DNA of 64,000 nt from the NCBI GenBank assembly GCA_963805975.1, contig CAWDVR010000003.1, positions 512,001-576,000 of the forward strand. The letters run 5' to 3'. The notes under the pieces were generated by a model, which had not been told where the DNA came from, ran no database searches, and saw only the letters and a program-made list of their open reading frames with translations. Numbering within the stretch: position 1 is the first letter of the stretch; each line of letters opens with the position of its first letter. Both the position numbers and the translations under genes were made by a program. Source of the stretch: an uncultured Acidobacteriota bacterium (GTDB lineage: Bacteria > Acidobacteriota > Thermoanaerobaculia > Multivoradales > SZUA-115). This document shows, piece by piece, positions 1-11,550 of this stretch.

Positions 1-605
1 TGGGTGACCAGCACCAGGGTCGCAGCCGACCGCTCCGAGAGGCCGGAGAGCAGGTCGAGCACCACGCGGCCGGTGGCGCTGTCGAGGTTGCCGGTGGGCT
101 CGTCCGCGAGCAGGATCGGCGGCTCGGCGGCGAAGGCACGCGCCAGGGCCACCCGCTGCTGCTCGCCGCCCGAGAGCTGCGAGGGGTAGTGGTGGACGCG
201 CTCGCCGAGCCCGACTGAGCCCAGGAGCTCGCCGGCGCGCCGGCCGGGCTCCCTGGCGTTGGCCAGCTCCAGGGGCAAGCGTACGTTCTCGAGCGCCGTC
301 AGGTTGGCGAGGAGCTGGAAGGACTGGAAGACGAAGCCGATCTTCTGCCGGCGCAGCAGCGCCAGGCGGTCCTCGGAGAGGCCCTGGATGGCCTCGCCGT
401 CGATCCGCACCTCGCCGGAGGTGGGGCGATCGAGCCCGGCCGCCAGACCCAGGAGTGTCGACTTGCCGCTCCCCGAGGGCCCGAGCACGGCCACGAACTC
501 ACCCGCCGCGACCGTGAGGCTCACGTCGTCGAGGATGGTCAGCAGCCGGTTGCCGGAGGGCAGGCGCTTGGTGAGGTGAAGAAGCTCGATGCGGGGCGTC
601 GTCAT
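1..605 (-). CDS. ABC transporter ATP-binding protein (YbbA/LolD-like), 3' end outside the window
   Basis: Manual translation from ATG 605: [52 protein letters not shown] (Walker A), then [14 protein letters not shown] and [12 protein letters not shown]. Divergent from a TesA-type esterase, as in the ybbA/tesA arrangement. Confidence 0.9.
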   Translation of the reverse strand, partial: MTTPRIELLHLTKRLPSGNRLLTILDDVSLTVAAGEFVAVLGPSGSGKSTLLGLAAGLDRPTSGEVRIDGEAIQGLSEDRLALLRRQKIGFVFQSFQLLANLTALENVRLPLELANAREPGRRAGELLGSVGLGERVHHYPSQLSGGEQQRVALARAFAAEPPILLADEPTGNLDSATGRVVLDLLSGLSERSAATLVLVT

Positions 606-732
606 GATGTCGGGAAGTGGGGGGAGGAGAGGCGGCCAGGAGCTTACCAGCCTCTATAGGAACGACGGCGAAGCCGATACCTTACCGGGGCCGGCCGGAT
701 CTGGGCGGGGCACACCTCGTAGAATCGGCCGC

Positions 733-1416
733 ATGCGAGCGCGTTTCCTCTTCCCGATCCTCATCCTCGTCGCCTGCGGTGGCGGTGAGCCGAAGCAGAG
801 CCCGGCCGCCAGCCCTCCGCCTGCGGCGCAACCGCCGCCGGCCGCCGCGCCGGCTCCCAGGGAGAGCGCGCCGCTGGTCGTCTTCCTGGGGGACAGCCTG
901 ACGGCCGGCTATGGCCTGGCCGAGGACCAGGCCTACCCGGCCGTGATCCGCGAACGCCTGGCGGAAGAGGGTGTCGCCGCCCGCGTGGTCAACGCCGGCA
1001 TCTCCGGCGACACCACGGCCGGGGGCCTGGCGCGGCTCGACTGGCTCCTCAAACAGAAGCCCTCCGTGGTGGTGGTGGCGCTGGGCGCCAACGACGGCCT
1101 GCGCGGGGTGCCGCTCGCGGAGACCGAGTCCAACCTGCGGCGCATCCTCGAGCGGCTGCAGGCCGCCGGCGCCAGGCCGCTCCTCGCCGGCATGCTGATC
1201 CCGCCCAACTACGGGCCGGACTACACCCAGGGCTTCGCCGCCCTCTACCCGCGCCTGGCGCACGAGCTCGAGGTGCCGCTCATCCCCTTCCTGCTGGCGG
1301 GTGTGGCTGCCGAGGCCGGCCTCAACCAGGCGGACGGCATCCACCCCACGGCCGAGGGGCAGAAGAAGCTGGCGGAGACCGTGCTCGGGTACCTCCGGCC
1401 GCTGCTCACTCCCTGA
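733..1416 (+). CDS. tesA: Arylesterase / acyl-CoA thioesterase I (GDSL/SGNH), probable lipoprotein
   Basis: FLGDSLTAGYG, NAGISGDTT, LGANDGLRG and DGIHP motifs; lipobox-like LILVAC; ATG 733 lies 7 nt after TAGAAT. Confidence 0.88.
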   Translation: MRARFLFPILILVACGGGEPKQSPAASPPPAAQPPPAAAPAPRESAPLVVFLGDSLTAGYGLAEDQAYPAVIRERLAEEGVAARVVNAGISGDTTAGGLARLDWLLKQKPSVVVVALGANDGLRGVPLAETESNLRRILERLQAAGARPLLAGMLIPPNYGPDYTQGFAALYPRLAHELEVPLIPFLLAGVAAEAGLNQADGIHPTAEGQKKLAETVLGYLRPLLTP

Positions 1417-2197
1417 GCTTGGCCTCTTCCCAGAGCGCGTCCATCTCGGCCAGGTCGGAGTCGTTCAGGGTCTTGCCGCGGGCGGCCAGGGCCTGTTCCA
1501 CGTGGGCGAAGCGGCGGCGGAACTTGCGGTTGGCCTCCGCCAGCGCGGCTTCCGGGTCCACGTCGAGCTTGCGGGCGAGGTTGACGGCGGTAAAGAGCAG
1601 GTCGCCGATCTCCTCGCGCACCTCGTCCCGCTCCCGCTCTTCTTTCCCCGCCAGCGCTTCCTCGAGCTCCGCGATCTCCTCCCGGAGCTTGGCGAGCACG
1701 GGCTCGGTCGCCGGCCAGTCGAAACCCACGCCGGACGCCTTCTGGGTCATGCGCAGCGCGCCCACCAGCGCCGGGAGCGAGGGCGCGACGCCGTCCAGGA
1801 GCGAGCCGCCGTCCTTTCTCTCCCGCACCTTGCGCCGCTCCCAGGCCTCGCGCACGGCGGTGGCGTCGGCGAGCTCTTCGCCACCGAAGACGTGGGGGTG
1901 CCGCGCCACCATCTTGGCCTCGACGCGGGCGATCGAGTCGGCGAGGGTGAAGAGGCCCTGCTCCTCGGCCAGGCGGCCGATGAACGCCACCTGGAACAAT
2001 AGATCGCCCAGCTCGGAGGCGAGCTCTTCGCCGTCGCGGGCGTCGATCGCCGCCGCCGTCTCGTGCGCTTCTTCCAGCAGGTAGGCCCGGACGTCCGGCA
2101 GGGTCTGCTCGCGGTCCCAGGGGCAGCCGTCGGGCGCCCGCAGGCGCGCCACCAGCGCCAGCAGGCGGCCGAGGTCGGGAGCGGAGACGGGGGGCAT
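1406..2197 (-). CDS. mazG: Nucleoside triphosphate pyrophosphohydrolase MazG
   Basis: LRAPDGCPWDREQT, EELASELGDLLFQV, RHPHVFG, GFDWP, EEIGDLLF, ANRKFRRRF: tandem MazG domains. Confidence 0.95.
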   Translation of the reverse strand: MPPVSAPDLGRLLALVARLRAPDGCPWDREQTLPDVRAYLLEEAHETAAAIDARDGEELASELGDLLFQVAFIGRLAEEQGLFTLADSIARVEAKMVARHPHVFGGEELADATAVREAWERRKVRERKDGGSLLDGVAPSLPALVGALRMTQKASGVGFDWPATEPVLAKLREEIAELEEALAGKEERERDEVREEIGDLLFTAVNLARKLDVDPEAALAEANRKFRRRFAHVEQALAARGKTLNDSDLAEMDALWEEAKLRE

Positions 2198-2256
2198 GGG
2201 CGGGCGGCTTCCAGCCTTGCTACCATACCCCAGCGGCATTCTGGAGAGGAGGCGGG

Positions 2257-2748
2257 GTGAGCGAGAGCGAGATCAAGGTCTCCGACAAGCGGATCTTCAC
2301 CGCCGACGGACGGCTCAGGGAAGAGTTCGCCTTCCTGGACGAGGCTGGTGAAGCTCCCCGGGCGGCGCCGGAAGGAGCGCCGGCCGAGCGGCCCGCGCCG
2401 GCGCCGCGCGAACCGGAGCTGCTTCCACCGACGATCCACCCGGGGCCCGCGGTGCGGACTGCCCCGCAGGCCCCGCTGCTCGATCCGGCCGTGAGCGGGC
2501 TCCACGCCGAAGCGCCCTCCTTCTTCGATCTCCTCGCTCTGCTGGCGGAACCGGCCTCGGTGTACCTGGGCGAGGTGACCCTGCCCGGCGGCGAGTCCGC
2601 GCTCGACCTGGACCTGGCCCGCTTCCACATCGACCTCATCGCCGTCCTCCAGCAGAAGACCGCGGGCAACCTCACGGCGGAGGAGGGCGCGGTGCTCGAA
2701 GACCTGGTCTACCAGCTACGAATGCGGTACGTGCAACAGCGTGGCTGA
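2257..2748 (+). CDS. DUF1844-like protein
   Basis: N-terminal IKVSDKRIF; C-terminal DLDLARFHIDLIAVLQQKTAGNLTAEE...LYQLRMRY pattern; GGAGG RBS before GTG. Confidence 0.8.
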   Translation: MSESEIKVSDKRIFTADGRLREEFAFLDEAGEAPRAAPEGAPAERPAPAPREPELLPPTIHPGPAVRTAPQAPLLDPAVSGLHAEAPSFFDLLALLAEPASVYLGEVTLPGGESALDLDLARFHIDLIAVLQQKTAGNLTAEEGAVLEDLVYQLRMRYVQQRG

Positions 2749-2754
2749 GAGCTC

Positions 2755-4539
2755 GTGAAGAAACCTGTGCTGCGGACCTGCTGCTGCCTGGGGTTGCTGC
2801 TGTTGGCAGCGTTGCCGGCGCGGGCGCAGGAGGCCTCGGCGCAGCCGGGCACCGGCATCGAGCTCACCGTCGGCACCCAACAGGCGCTCGGCCGGCTGCG
2901 CGAGCTCTGGCAGCAGTGGCAGCTCGCCGTCGAAGGGGACGACGCGCGCCGCCCTGCCGAGCTCGTGGCGCAGATGCTCGCCACCGCCCGCGCGCTCGGC
3001 TTCGAGCGCCTGCCGGACCTCGCCACCGCGGCCGGGGCGCAGGCCATCGAGCTGGCCCAGTCCCGCCGCTTCGACCGCGCCGCGCTGGGCCTCGAGGCCG
3101 CCGCCACGCTCGACCCCGGCCATCCGGACACTCATTTCGCGGCCGCGGCGGTGGCCCGCCTCGAGGGCCGGGGCTGGGCCGCCGCCAAGGCGCGGCTCAC
3201 GGGCCTCGGGGCCGCCGCCGGCATGCCGGCCGCCCGCCTGCTGTGGACGGCGAATCTCGTCACCTGGGCGCTCTATGTGCTGCTCTTCGCCGGCCTGCTC
3301 TACGCCACCCTGCAGTTGATCACCAAGGGCGGCGGCCTGGTGCGGGACCTCTCGCGCCTCAGCGCGCGCTTCCTGCCCGGACCGCTGGCGGTGCCCTTCG
3401 CCCTGGTGCTGCTGTTCTGGCCCGCCGCTCTTCCCTATGGCCTGGCCTGGCTCGTCCTCTACTGGTCGGCCCTGCTCTGGGGATACGGCTCGGGAAGCGA
3501 GCGCGCGGTGTGGATCGGGCTCTGGCTGGTGCTGGGCCTGGCTCCGCTCCTCGCCGAGCAGAGCCGGCGCTGGGTGCGCGAAGAGCTCACGCCGCAGGTG
3601 CAGGCGGTCGAGAACCTGCGCCAGGGCCGACTCTACGGCTCGCTGTTCTCCGACCTGGGCGTGCTGCGCTCGACGCTTCCCGACAGCCCGGCGGCCCGCC
3701 ACCTGCTCGCCGACCTGCACCAGTTCCTCGGCCAGTGGGACGCGGCCAAGCTCGCCTATGGCCAGGTGCTCGCCGGCGAGCCCGACCAGGCGAGCGTGCT
3801 GCTCAACCTGGGAGCTTTCGCCTACTTCCAGGGCGACTACCCGCAGGCCGCCGAGTACTTCAAGCGCGCCGCCGAGGGCGACCCGGACAACGCGGCCGGC
3901 TACTTCAACCTGAGCAAGGCCTACGCGAAGATGCTCTTCTTCGACGAGGCCACGGCGGCCCGCGAGCGGGCGCGGGCGGTCGACGACGAGAGCTACGGCC
4001 GCTGGCTCCAGGAGAAGGCCCGCGACGGCATCCAGTTCTCCCGCGCCGGCATCGAGCGCAGTGTGGAGATCCGCCGCCAGCTCGTCTCCGCCCGGCGCAG
4101 CGCCGAAGGCGTGGGCCAGGCCCTGATCTGGCGCCACGGCCTGGCCCTGCTGCTGGCCCTGGGGCTGACCCTGGTCGCCGTCACCCTCGACCTGGCGCGG
4201 CGGCCTTTCGGCTACAGCGAGCTGCCGATCGACCTGCGCGACACCCGGAGCGGCTTCGAGCGCGCCGTGCGGGCTCTGCTGCCCGGCCTCGAAGCGGCGG
4301 AGCTCGGCCTGGGCTTTCGCTCCTACGCGCTGGTGCTCCTTCCGGCCGGTCTCCTGCTGCTGGCCCTCTCCGCCGTGCCCCTCTACCGCCTTCCCCTGGG
4401 GCTCGATGCGGGGCTCTCGCCCTGGCGTTGGACCTTCAGCCTCCTGGGCCTCGCCGCGTTCTTCGGCTGGCGCCTGCTGCGGGCCTTCGGCGGCCGGTTG
4501 CCGGCCCGCGGCACCGCGGTGCCGGTGGAGGCGCGTTGA
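2755..4539 (+). CDS. Multi-pass membrane protein with TPR repeats
   Basis: Signal peptide, several hydrophobic helices, TPR-like segments (VLLNLGAFAYFQGDYPQAAEYFKRAAEGDPDNAAGYFNLSKAY). Confidence 0.75.
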   Translation: MKKPVLRTCCCLGLLLLAALPARAQEASAQPGTGIELTVGTQQALGRLRELWQQWQLAVEGDDARRPAELVAQMLATARALGFERLPDLATAAGAQAIELAQSRRFDRAALGLEAAATLDPGHPDTHFAAAAVARLEGRGWAAAKARLTGLGAAAGMPAARLLWTANLVTWALYVLLFAGLLYATLQLITKGGGLVRDLSRLSARFLPGPLAVPFALVLLFWPAALPYGLAWLVLYWSALLWGYGSGSERAVWIGLWLVLGLAPLLAEQSRRWVREELTPQVQAVENLRQGRLYGSLFSDLGVLRSTLPDSPAARHLLADLHQFLGQWDAAKLAYGQVLAGEPDQASVLLNLGAFAYFQGDYPQAAEYFKRAAEGDPDNAAGYFNLSKAYAKMLFFDEATAARERARAVDDESYGRWLQEKARDGIQFSRAGIERSVEIRRQLVSARRSAEGVGQALIWRHGLALLLALGLTLVAVTLDLARRPFGYSELPIDLRDTRSGFERAVRALLPGLEAAELGLGFRSYALVLLPAGLLLLALSAVPLYRLPLGLDAGLSPWRWTFSLLGLAAFFGWRLLRAFGGRLPARGTAVPVEAR

Positions 4540-5885
4540 TGGCCGGCGAGTCGATGGCCATCGAGGGCACGCTCGATCTCTTCCAGCTTCCCGAGATCCT
4601 GCAGCTCGTCTCGCACCAGGCGAAGACCGGCATCCTCACCGTCCAGGGCGACACGGACATCGTCGCCATCTCCTTCGAGCGCGGCCGGGTGGTGGCGGTG
4701 GACGCTCTCAACCAGACTCTCGAGGAGTCCCTGGGAGAGGTGCTGGCCGGCCAGGGCATCGTGGCGCCGGCCGAGTTCGCGGCGGTGGCCGCCGAGCACC
4801 GCGGGGGCAAGGGGCGGCTGATGGACCTCCTGGTGGCGCGCGGGCTGGTGGAGCGGGGGCAGCTCCTCGAGGCTCTGCGTCTGCACATGTACCGGATGCT
4901 GGTCGAGCTCTTGCGCTGGCGCTCCGGCGAGTTCAAGTTCTACAGCACCGACGAGGTCTCCTTCGAGGAGGGGTTCCCGCCGATCGCGGTCGAGGAGCTC
5001 CTGATCCGCTCGGTCGAGGAAGCGGCGGGGGAGGGCCATCCGACCATCCCGGACTCGCGGTCGGTCTACGAGCCGGTCGATCCCGGGCGGTCGATCCGCG
5101 TGCGCCGCGAGGGCGAGGAGAGCCTGGACGGCGGCGACGCGATCTGGCTCTCGGCCGCCGACCACGAGCTGCTCGGCCGCCTGGGCGGCGGGCACACCGT
5201 CTCCGCCCTGGTGAAGAAGACGGGCACCGACGAGTACAAGGTGCGCTACCTGCTGCACCGCCTGCTCGAGGCGGGCGTGATACGGCCGCGGCCGGCGGCG
5301 GTGCTGGTGCCGGAGGTTCCGCCGTCCTTCGCCGCCCCGGTGATGGTCGAGGCGGACCGCCTCGAGGAGACGCTCCATGGCACGCCCGTCGTGCTGCCTC
5401 CGGAACCCCGGACCGATACGGCGCGCATCGCCACTCTGGTGCGCCCCTGGCCCGGGCGTCTTCTCGCCGCCATCCCCCTGCTCGTGGCCGGCCTGGTCCT
5501 GTGGCGTGCGCCGCTGTCGCTCCCGCTGCCCTTTCCCTGGCAGGCGGCGCAGCACACCGCGATCACCCAGACGCTGCTGGGCTCGACCTACCTGCGCCTC
5601 GATCAGGCGGCGAAGGTGTTCTTCCTCATCGAGGACCGTTTCCCGCCGGCGCTTCCGGAGCTCGCGCGGCGGGGGTTCCTCGCCCGCTCCGAGCTCGGGG
5701 ACCCGCTGGGCCGTCCTCTCTCGTGGGCCGCGCACGGCTCGACCTACGAGGTGGCGCCGGTCCAAGGGGGCACGAGCCTGGCCGAGCAGGGTGCCACCGA
5801 GGCCGCGACCGGCAATTTCCTGCTCGACCCGGAGTTCCTGCAAGGCGCCAGGACGGACCGCAAACCGCTGGTATTGCTGGACTGA
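4539..5885 (+). CDS. DUF4388 (PATAN-like) domain membrane protein with a C-terminal pseudopilin-like segment
   Basis: ATG overlaps the upstream TGA; MAIEGTLDLFQLPEILQLVSHQAKTGILTV...LLRWRSGEFKF is DUF4388-like; one TM helix; C-terminus FPPALPEL...DPLGRPLSW. Confidence 0.78.
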   Translation: MAGESMAIEGTLDLFQLPEILQLVSHQAKTGILTVQGDTDIVAISFERGRVVAVDALNQTLEESLGEVLAGQGIVAPAEFAAVAAEHRGGKGRLMDLLVARGLVERGQLLEALRLHMYRMLVELLRWRSGEFKFYSTDEVSFEEGFPPIAVEELLIRSVEEAAGEGHPTIPDSRSVYEPVDPGRSIRVRREGEESLDGGDAIWLSAADHELLGRLGGGHTVSALVKKTGTDEYKVRYLLHRLLEAGVIRPRPAAVLVPEVPPSFAAPVMVEADRLEETLHGTPVVLPPEPRTDTARIATLVRPWPGRLLAAIPLLVAGLVLWRAPLSLPLPFPWQAAQHTAITQTLLGSTYLRLDQAAKVFFLIEDRFPPALPELARRGFLARSELGDPLGRPLSWAAHGSTYEVAPVQGGTSLAEQGATEAATGNFLLDPEFLQGARTDRKPLVLLD

Positions 5886-5984
5886 GGTCTTCCGGGCAGG
5901 CCGCGGAGAATCCTCGGCCCGCGCTGCGGAGCGTTATGCGGAATAAATCTTAGCGAGTTGTTGTCATATACGCTGTCGGCGGAG

Positions 5985-6013
5985 CTTGACAGCGACTGAC
6001 TAAGGTTTATACC
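5985..6013 (+). promoter_or_regulatory. sigma70-type dnaK promoter overlapped by a HAIR-like HspR operator
   Basis: TTGACA 5986-5991, 16 nt spacer, TATACC 6008-6013. CTTGACA-N7-ACTAAGG (5985-6005) resembles HAIR CTTGAGT-N7-ACTCAAG, and hspR follows dnaK. Confidence 0.65.
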
Positions 6014-6052
6014 CTGTCTTGGAATCAGGAAAAGGGAGCAAAGGAGGCTTTC

Positions 6053-7975
<1,923 letters not shown>

Positions 7976-8014
7976 GAGCCGATCGATGGCCGGCAGGTCG
8001 CAAGGAGGCGCTCG

Positions 8015-8407
8015 GTGAGTCAACGTCCGCAAAGCTCAGGCAAACCCGGCAAGAAGTACGTGATGATCCGGGTCGTCGCCGAGCGCCTCCAGATCCACCC
8101 TCAGACCATCCGCTTCTACGAGCGCGAAGGTCTCATCACGCCGGCGCGGAGCGCCGGCAACACCCGCCTCTACGACGAGGACTCCATCCAGCGCCTGGAG
8201 ACCATCCTCAACCTCACCCGCCAGCTCGGCGTGAACCTCGCCGGGGTGGAGGTCATCCTGTCGATGAAAGAGCGCATCAGCGCGCTCCAGACCGAGGTCG
8301 ATCGCCTGCTCGCGGAGGCGCGCCAGCAAGCCAACGACCAACGTGCCGGCATCGACCGCCGCCACGCCCTGGTGCGAGTTCAAGGCGGCGTGCCGGCGAA
8401 GCGGTAG
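8015..8407 (+). CDS. hspR: MerR-family heat-shock repressor HspR
   Basis: MIRVVAERLQIHPQTIRFYEREGLITPARSAGNTRLY...LGVNLAGVEVIL; lies directly after dnaK. Confidence 0.88.
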   Translation: MSQRPQSSGKPGKKYVMIRVVAERLQIHPQTIRFYEREGLITPARSAGNTRLYDEDSIQRLETILNLTRQLGVNLAGVEVILSMKERISALQTEVDRLLAEARQQANDQRAGIDRRHALVRVQGGVPAKR

Positions 8408-8415
8408 CACCTCCG

Positions 8416-8459
8416 TTGACAGCGGCTTGGTCGTCGATTAGGCTGGTCGGCGACTGGTC
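8416..8459 (+). promoter_or_regulatory. Promoter and putative autoregulatory operator of the phd-vapC pair
   Basis: TTGACA (8416-8421), 17 nt spacer, TAGGCT (8439-8444); TGGTC repeats at 8428, 8444 and 8455. Confidence 0.6.
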
Positions 8460-8465
8460 TAAATC

Positions 8466-8708
8466 ATGAAAACCATCGGCGCTTACGAAGCCAAGACTCA
8501 TCTCGCTCGCCTCCTCGAGGAGGTGGCCAGAGGAGAGCGTTTCGAGATCACCCGCCATCGGGTCCCTATCGCCGTGCTGGTCCCCCCTCCCGCGGCAAGC
8601 AAGGCAAGCCCGAAGAGCATCGTCGACGAGCTGCGTGCTTTTCGGCGCGGAGTGGCCACTGGTGGTGTGGCTCTGCGCGAGATGATCGAAGAAGGTAGGC
8701 GATTCTGA
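8466..8708 (+). CDS. Phd/YefM-family antitoxin
   Basis: IGAYEAKTHLARLLEEVARGERFEITRHRVPIAVLVP. Confidence 0.9.
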   Translation: MKTIGAYEAKTHLARLLEEVARGERFEITRHRVPIAVLVPPPAASKASPKSIVDELRAFRRGVATGGVALREMIEEGRRF

Positions 8709-8716
8709 GCCGCAGC

Positions 8717-9130
8717 GTGCTCGATTGCTCGGTGACCATGGCCTGGTGCTTCGAGGACGAGGCGTCTCCCGAGACGGACCAGGTCCTGGAGCAGGTGGCG
8801 CAGGACGGCGCACTGGTGCCGGCGATCTGGGCGCTCGAGGTCGTCAACGTCCTGGTCACTGCGGAGCGTCGTCGTCGGCTGACCGCGGCCCAGTCGAACC
8901 GATTCCTCGAGCTTCTCCGCAACCTCCCCATCTCGACCGACGAGCATCCGCTGAACGAGCGCGCCGAGGCCGTTCTCGCCGTGGCGAGAGAGCACGGGCT
9001 CTCCGCCTACGACGGCTGCTACCTGGAGCTGGCGGCGCGCAGTGGCCTGCCTTTGGCGACCCGCGACCAGCGCGTGCGGGCGGCCGCGAAAAGCCTGGGC
9101 GTCGAAGTGCTGGCTCGGCCTCCCGACTAG
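8717..9130 (+). CDS. vapC: VapC PIN-domain toxin
   Basis: LDCSVTMAWCFEDE, WALEVVNVL, LSAYDGCYLELA, LATRD. Confidence 0.9.
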   Translation: MLDCSVTMAWCFEDEASPETDQVLEQVAQDGALVPAIWALEVVNVLVTAERRRRLTAAQSNRFLELLRNLPISTDEHPLNERAEAVLAVAREHGLSAYDGCYLELAARSGLPLATRDQRVRAAAKSLGVEVLARPPD

Positions 9131-9221
9131 GGAACCTCCCGCGCGCCGATCTTGTTGCTTCCCCCCCTCGACATTTCCATGCTATAAAAGCATTAGACGG
9201 TCCTGCAGCCTGGAGGTGGGG

Positions 9222-10688
9222 ATGGGGGCAGCGAAGAATCGCGGCGCGGTGGGGAGGTTTCTCCGGTTTGGGTTGTTGTTCTCCTGTTGCCTCGCCTGGA
9301 GTGCCGCGAGGCCCGCTGCCGCAGGGCCCTGCACCAGCGGGCCCGCGTGCCAGTTCCTCACCTGCCGTTCTCCCGCCTTTGCCGCACCCAGCCCGCTCTG
9401 GGGTGAGATCCGACCGGCCGACACCGGCCAGCTCCCCAACTACCGCGACTCCACGAATTTCTCCGAGTTCTCGCATTCCCCGGGCCCGCAGTACGCCCAC
9501 TGGATGTCGCTCGACGTCGAGAACGGCTGGATCTTCACCGCCATCGATCAGGGGATCGAGATCTGGGACGCCCGGTCGAACCCGGGTAGCCCGAACCGGC
9601 TGGTGCAAGTGAGCCGGCCGGCGTTCCCGACCTGGTCGATAGAGCCCCACGATGGCATCCCGGTGCGGGACATCGATGCCCCCGACGGCGTCGACACGGT
9701 CGCCGCCGTCGGGCTCTCGGGCAACGGCGGCCTCGTGGTCTTCGACACCACCTCGAAGTCGAGCCCGGTGGCTCGCTACTCGGACGCGGGGCGCACCGCT
9801 GTCGAGGTCTACGCGACGCGTATCGCGGGCCGCGACTATGCGTTCGGCGCCACCATGGGCTCCGGCCTCCTGGCCTACGACCTCACTGCGGCGCGCTCCC
9901 TCTCCGGGGTCTGCATCGACGACACGCCCGCCCAGAACCGGTGCGGCGTGTACCGGGGGCGGCTGGGAAGCCGCCAGAACGTCCGCTACGTCGACGGCGT
10001 GGGAGACGCGAGCGGCAACCGCCACTGGGTGGCCGCCTCCTCCGGCGGACAGCTCGAGGGCCTGGAGGTCTGGGAGGTCTCGAACCCTTCGGCGCCGGTC
10101 CTCCAGATCGAGGCCCTGCCGCTCGAGTACGTCCACGGGGCGGCCCTGTGGCGGGTCGGCCAGAAGTACTACCTCGCGCTGCGCTCGGAGTCGGCGCTCG
10201 CCGTCGTTCCTTGGACCACGGCCCGTATCTACGATGTCTCCTGCCTGGCGAGCGGTTCCTGCAACGGCCTCGGTTCGCCGCTCTGGTCGCGCCACCTTCC
10301 GACGCGGGGCGACGACTACTTCGTGGTCGACTCGGAGAGCAACGGCCGCCCGTTTCTTTACTTCGGCAACTTCGATCAGTGCTCGGTGGGGATGGAGCTC
10401 GAGAACGAGTGGCTGCTCGACGTCTCCTGCCCGCGGGCACCGCGCGACCTCATGCCGCCGCCGGCGCTCGTCGACGGCCTCCTGAGCTCCTATTGGGGCT
10501 GGTACTACCGTTCGAACGTCACCGGCTTCAACCGCGTGGCACCCCGCATGGGGAAGTTCTACGGCTCCTACTTCTATCGTGCCGCGAACAGCATCTTCGA
10601 CGTCCACCAGCGCGTGGTCGATCCCGACGCCCTCTTCGCCGACGGTTTCGAGTGCGGCACGGCCCCCTGGACGGAGGTGGTTCCGTAG
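9222..10688 (+). CDS. Secreted Cys-rich, probably beta-propeller (LVIVD-like) protein with a C-terminal LFADGFE tail
   Basis: Signal peptide (LRFGLLFSCCLAWSAARPAAA); repeated strand motifs GIEIWD, GLVVFD, GLLAYD, GLEVWEV, ARIYDV; ends DALFADGFECGTAPWTEVVP. Start codon approximate. Confidence 0.7.
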   Translation: MGAAKNRGAVGRFLRFGLLFSCCLAWSAARPAAAGPCTSGPACQFLTCRSPAFAAPSPLWGEIRPADTGQLPNYRDSTNFSEFSHSPGPQYAHWMSLDVENGWIFTAIDQGIEIWDARSNPGSPNRLVQVSRPAFPTWSIEPHDGIPVRDIDAPDGVDTVAAVGLSGNGGLVVFDTTSKSSPVARYSDAGRTAVEVYATRIAGRDYAFGATMGSGLLAYDLTAARSLSGVCIDDTPAQNRCGVYRGRLGSRQNVRYVDGVGDASGNRHWVAASSGGQLEGLEVWEVSNPSAPVLQIEALPLEYVHGAALWRVGQKYYLALRSESALAVVPWTTARIYDVSCLASGSCNGLGSPLWSRHLPTRGDDYFVVDSESNGRPFLYFGNFDQCSVGMELENEWLLDVSCPRAPRDLMPPPALVDGLLSSYWGWYYRSNVTGFNRVAPRMGKFYGSYFYRAANSIFDVHQRVVDPDALFADGFECGTAPWTEVVP

Positions 10689-10725
10689 CCCGGCATGGCC
10701 GGGACCGCGTGCTAGCATTCTCGGC

Positions 10726-11550
10726 GTGGTCGAGCCGCTCGCGATGGAGGACGCCTGCCCGCTCTGCGGCGGCCGGGGATGGGTCCTCACCGACGACGGC
10801 GGGGCGGGTACCGCCCTCGCCTGCGAGTGCCGCAAGCTGGGCCTGGGTCCGCGGCTGCTCGACGCCTCGGGACTTCCGCAACGCTACCGTCACTGCCGTT
10901 TCGACAGCTTCCGCACCGATCACTACGACGCGGCGGTGGCCGAGCAGCTCCTGCGGGCGCTCGCCGACAGCCGCGCCTACGTCGAGTCGTTCCTGGACGC
11001 GGCGGGCGCTCCCCGCGAGACCGGCCTGCTCTACATCGGCCCCACGGGCGTGGGCAAGACGCACCTCGCCGCGGCGGTCGCTCTCGAGCTCATCGAGCGC
11101 CGCCGGGTGCGGGTGAAGTTCGTCGAGTTCACGGACCTCCTGCACCAGATCCAGGCCACCTTCGAGCCGGGCTCGCCGGGCTCGAAGAGCGAGATCATGG
11201 ACAGCGTGATCGAGGCCGAGCTCCTGGTGCTCGACGAGCTGGGGGCGCAGAAGCCCACCGCCTGGGTGCAGGACGTGCTCTACCTGATCATCAACACCCG
11301 CTACTCCCGCCGCCGGCCGACGATCTTCACCACCAACTACCGCCTGGAGGCGGGCCGCACCGAGAGCAATCGGGAGATGCAGCTCGATCGCGGCGCCGCA
11401 CCCGCCGCCACCGGGCTCGAGAGCCTCGGCCACCGGCTGCAGGCGACCCTGGTCAGCCGCCTCTACGAGATGGCCAGGCCCATCGTCCTCGACGGCGTCG
11501 AGGACTTCCGGCGCACGGTTCGCAACCTGTCGCTCGCCAGCGCACGGTGA
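10726..11550 (+). CDS. DnaC/IstB-like AAA+ ATPase with an N-terminal Zn finger
   Basis: CPLCGGRGW...CEC, GPTGVGKTHLA (Walker A), LLVLDELG (Walker B), TIFTTN, SRLYEM. Confidence 0.85.
   Translation: MVEPLAMEDACPLCGGRGWVLTDDGGAGTALACECRKLGLGPRLLDASGLPQRYRHCRFDSFRTDHYDAAVAEQLLRALADSRAYVESFLDAAGAPRETGLLYIGPTGVGKTHLAAAVALELIERRRVRVKFVEFTDLLHQIQATFEPGSPGSKSEIMDSVIEAELLVLDELGAQKPTAWVQDVLYLIINTRYSRRRPTIFTTNYRLEAGRTESNREMQLDRGAAPAATGLESLGHRLQATLVSRLYEMARPIVLDGVEDFRRTVRNLSLASAR

Noticed and set aside
5950-5976. CIRCE element before dnaK (starts TTAGCG)
   Set aside because: No matching right arm (GAGTGCTAA); the HAIR-like site fits better.
10726-11550. IS21 element (istB) or prophage replication module
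   Set aside because: No istA, terminal inverted repeats or phage genes nearby.
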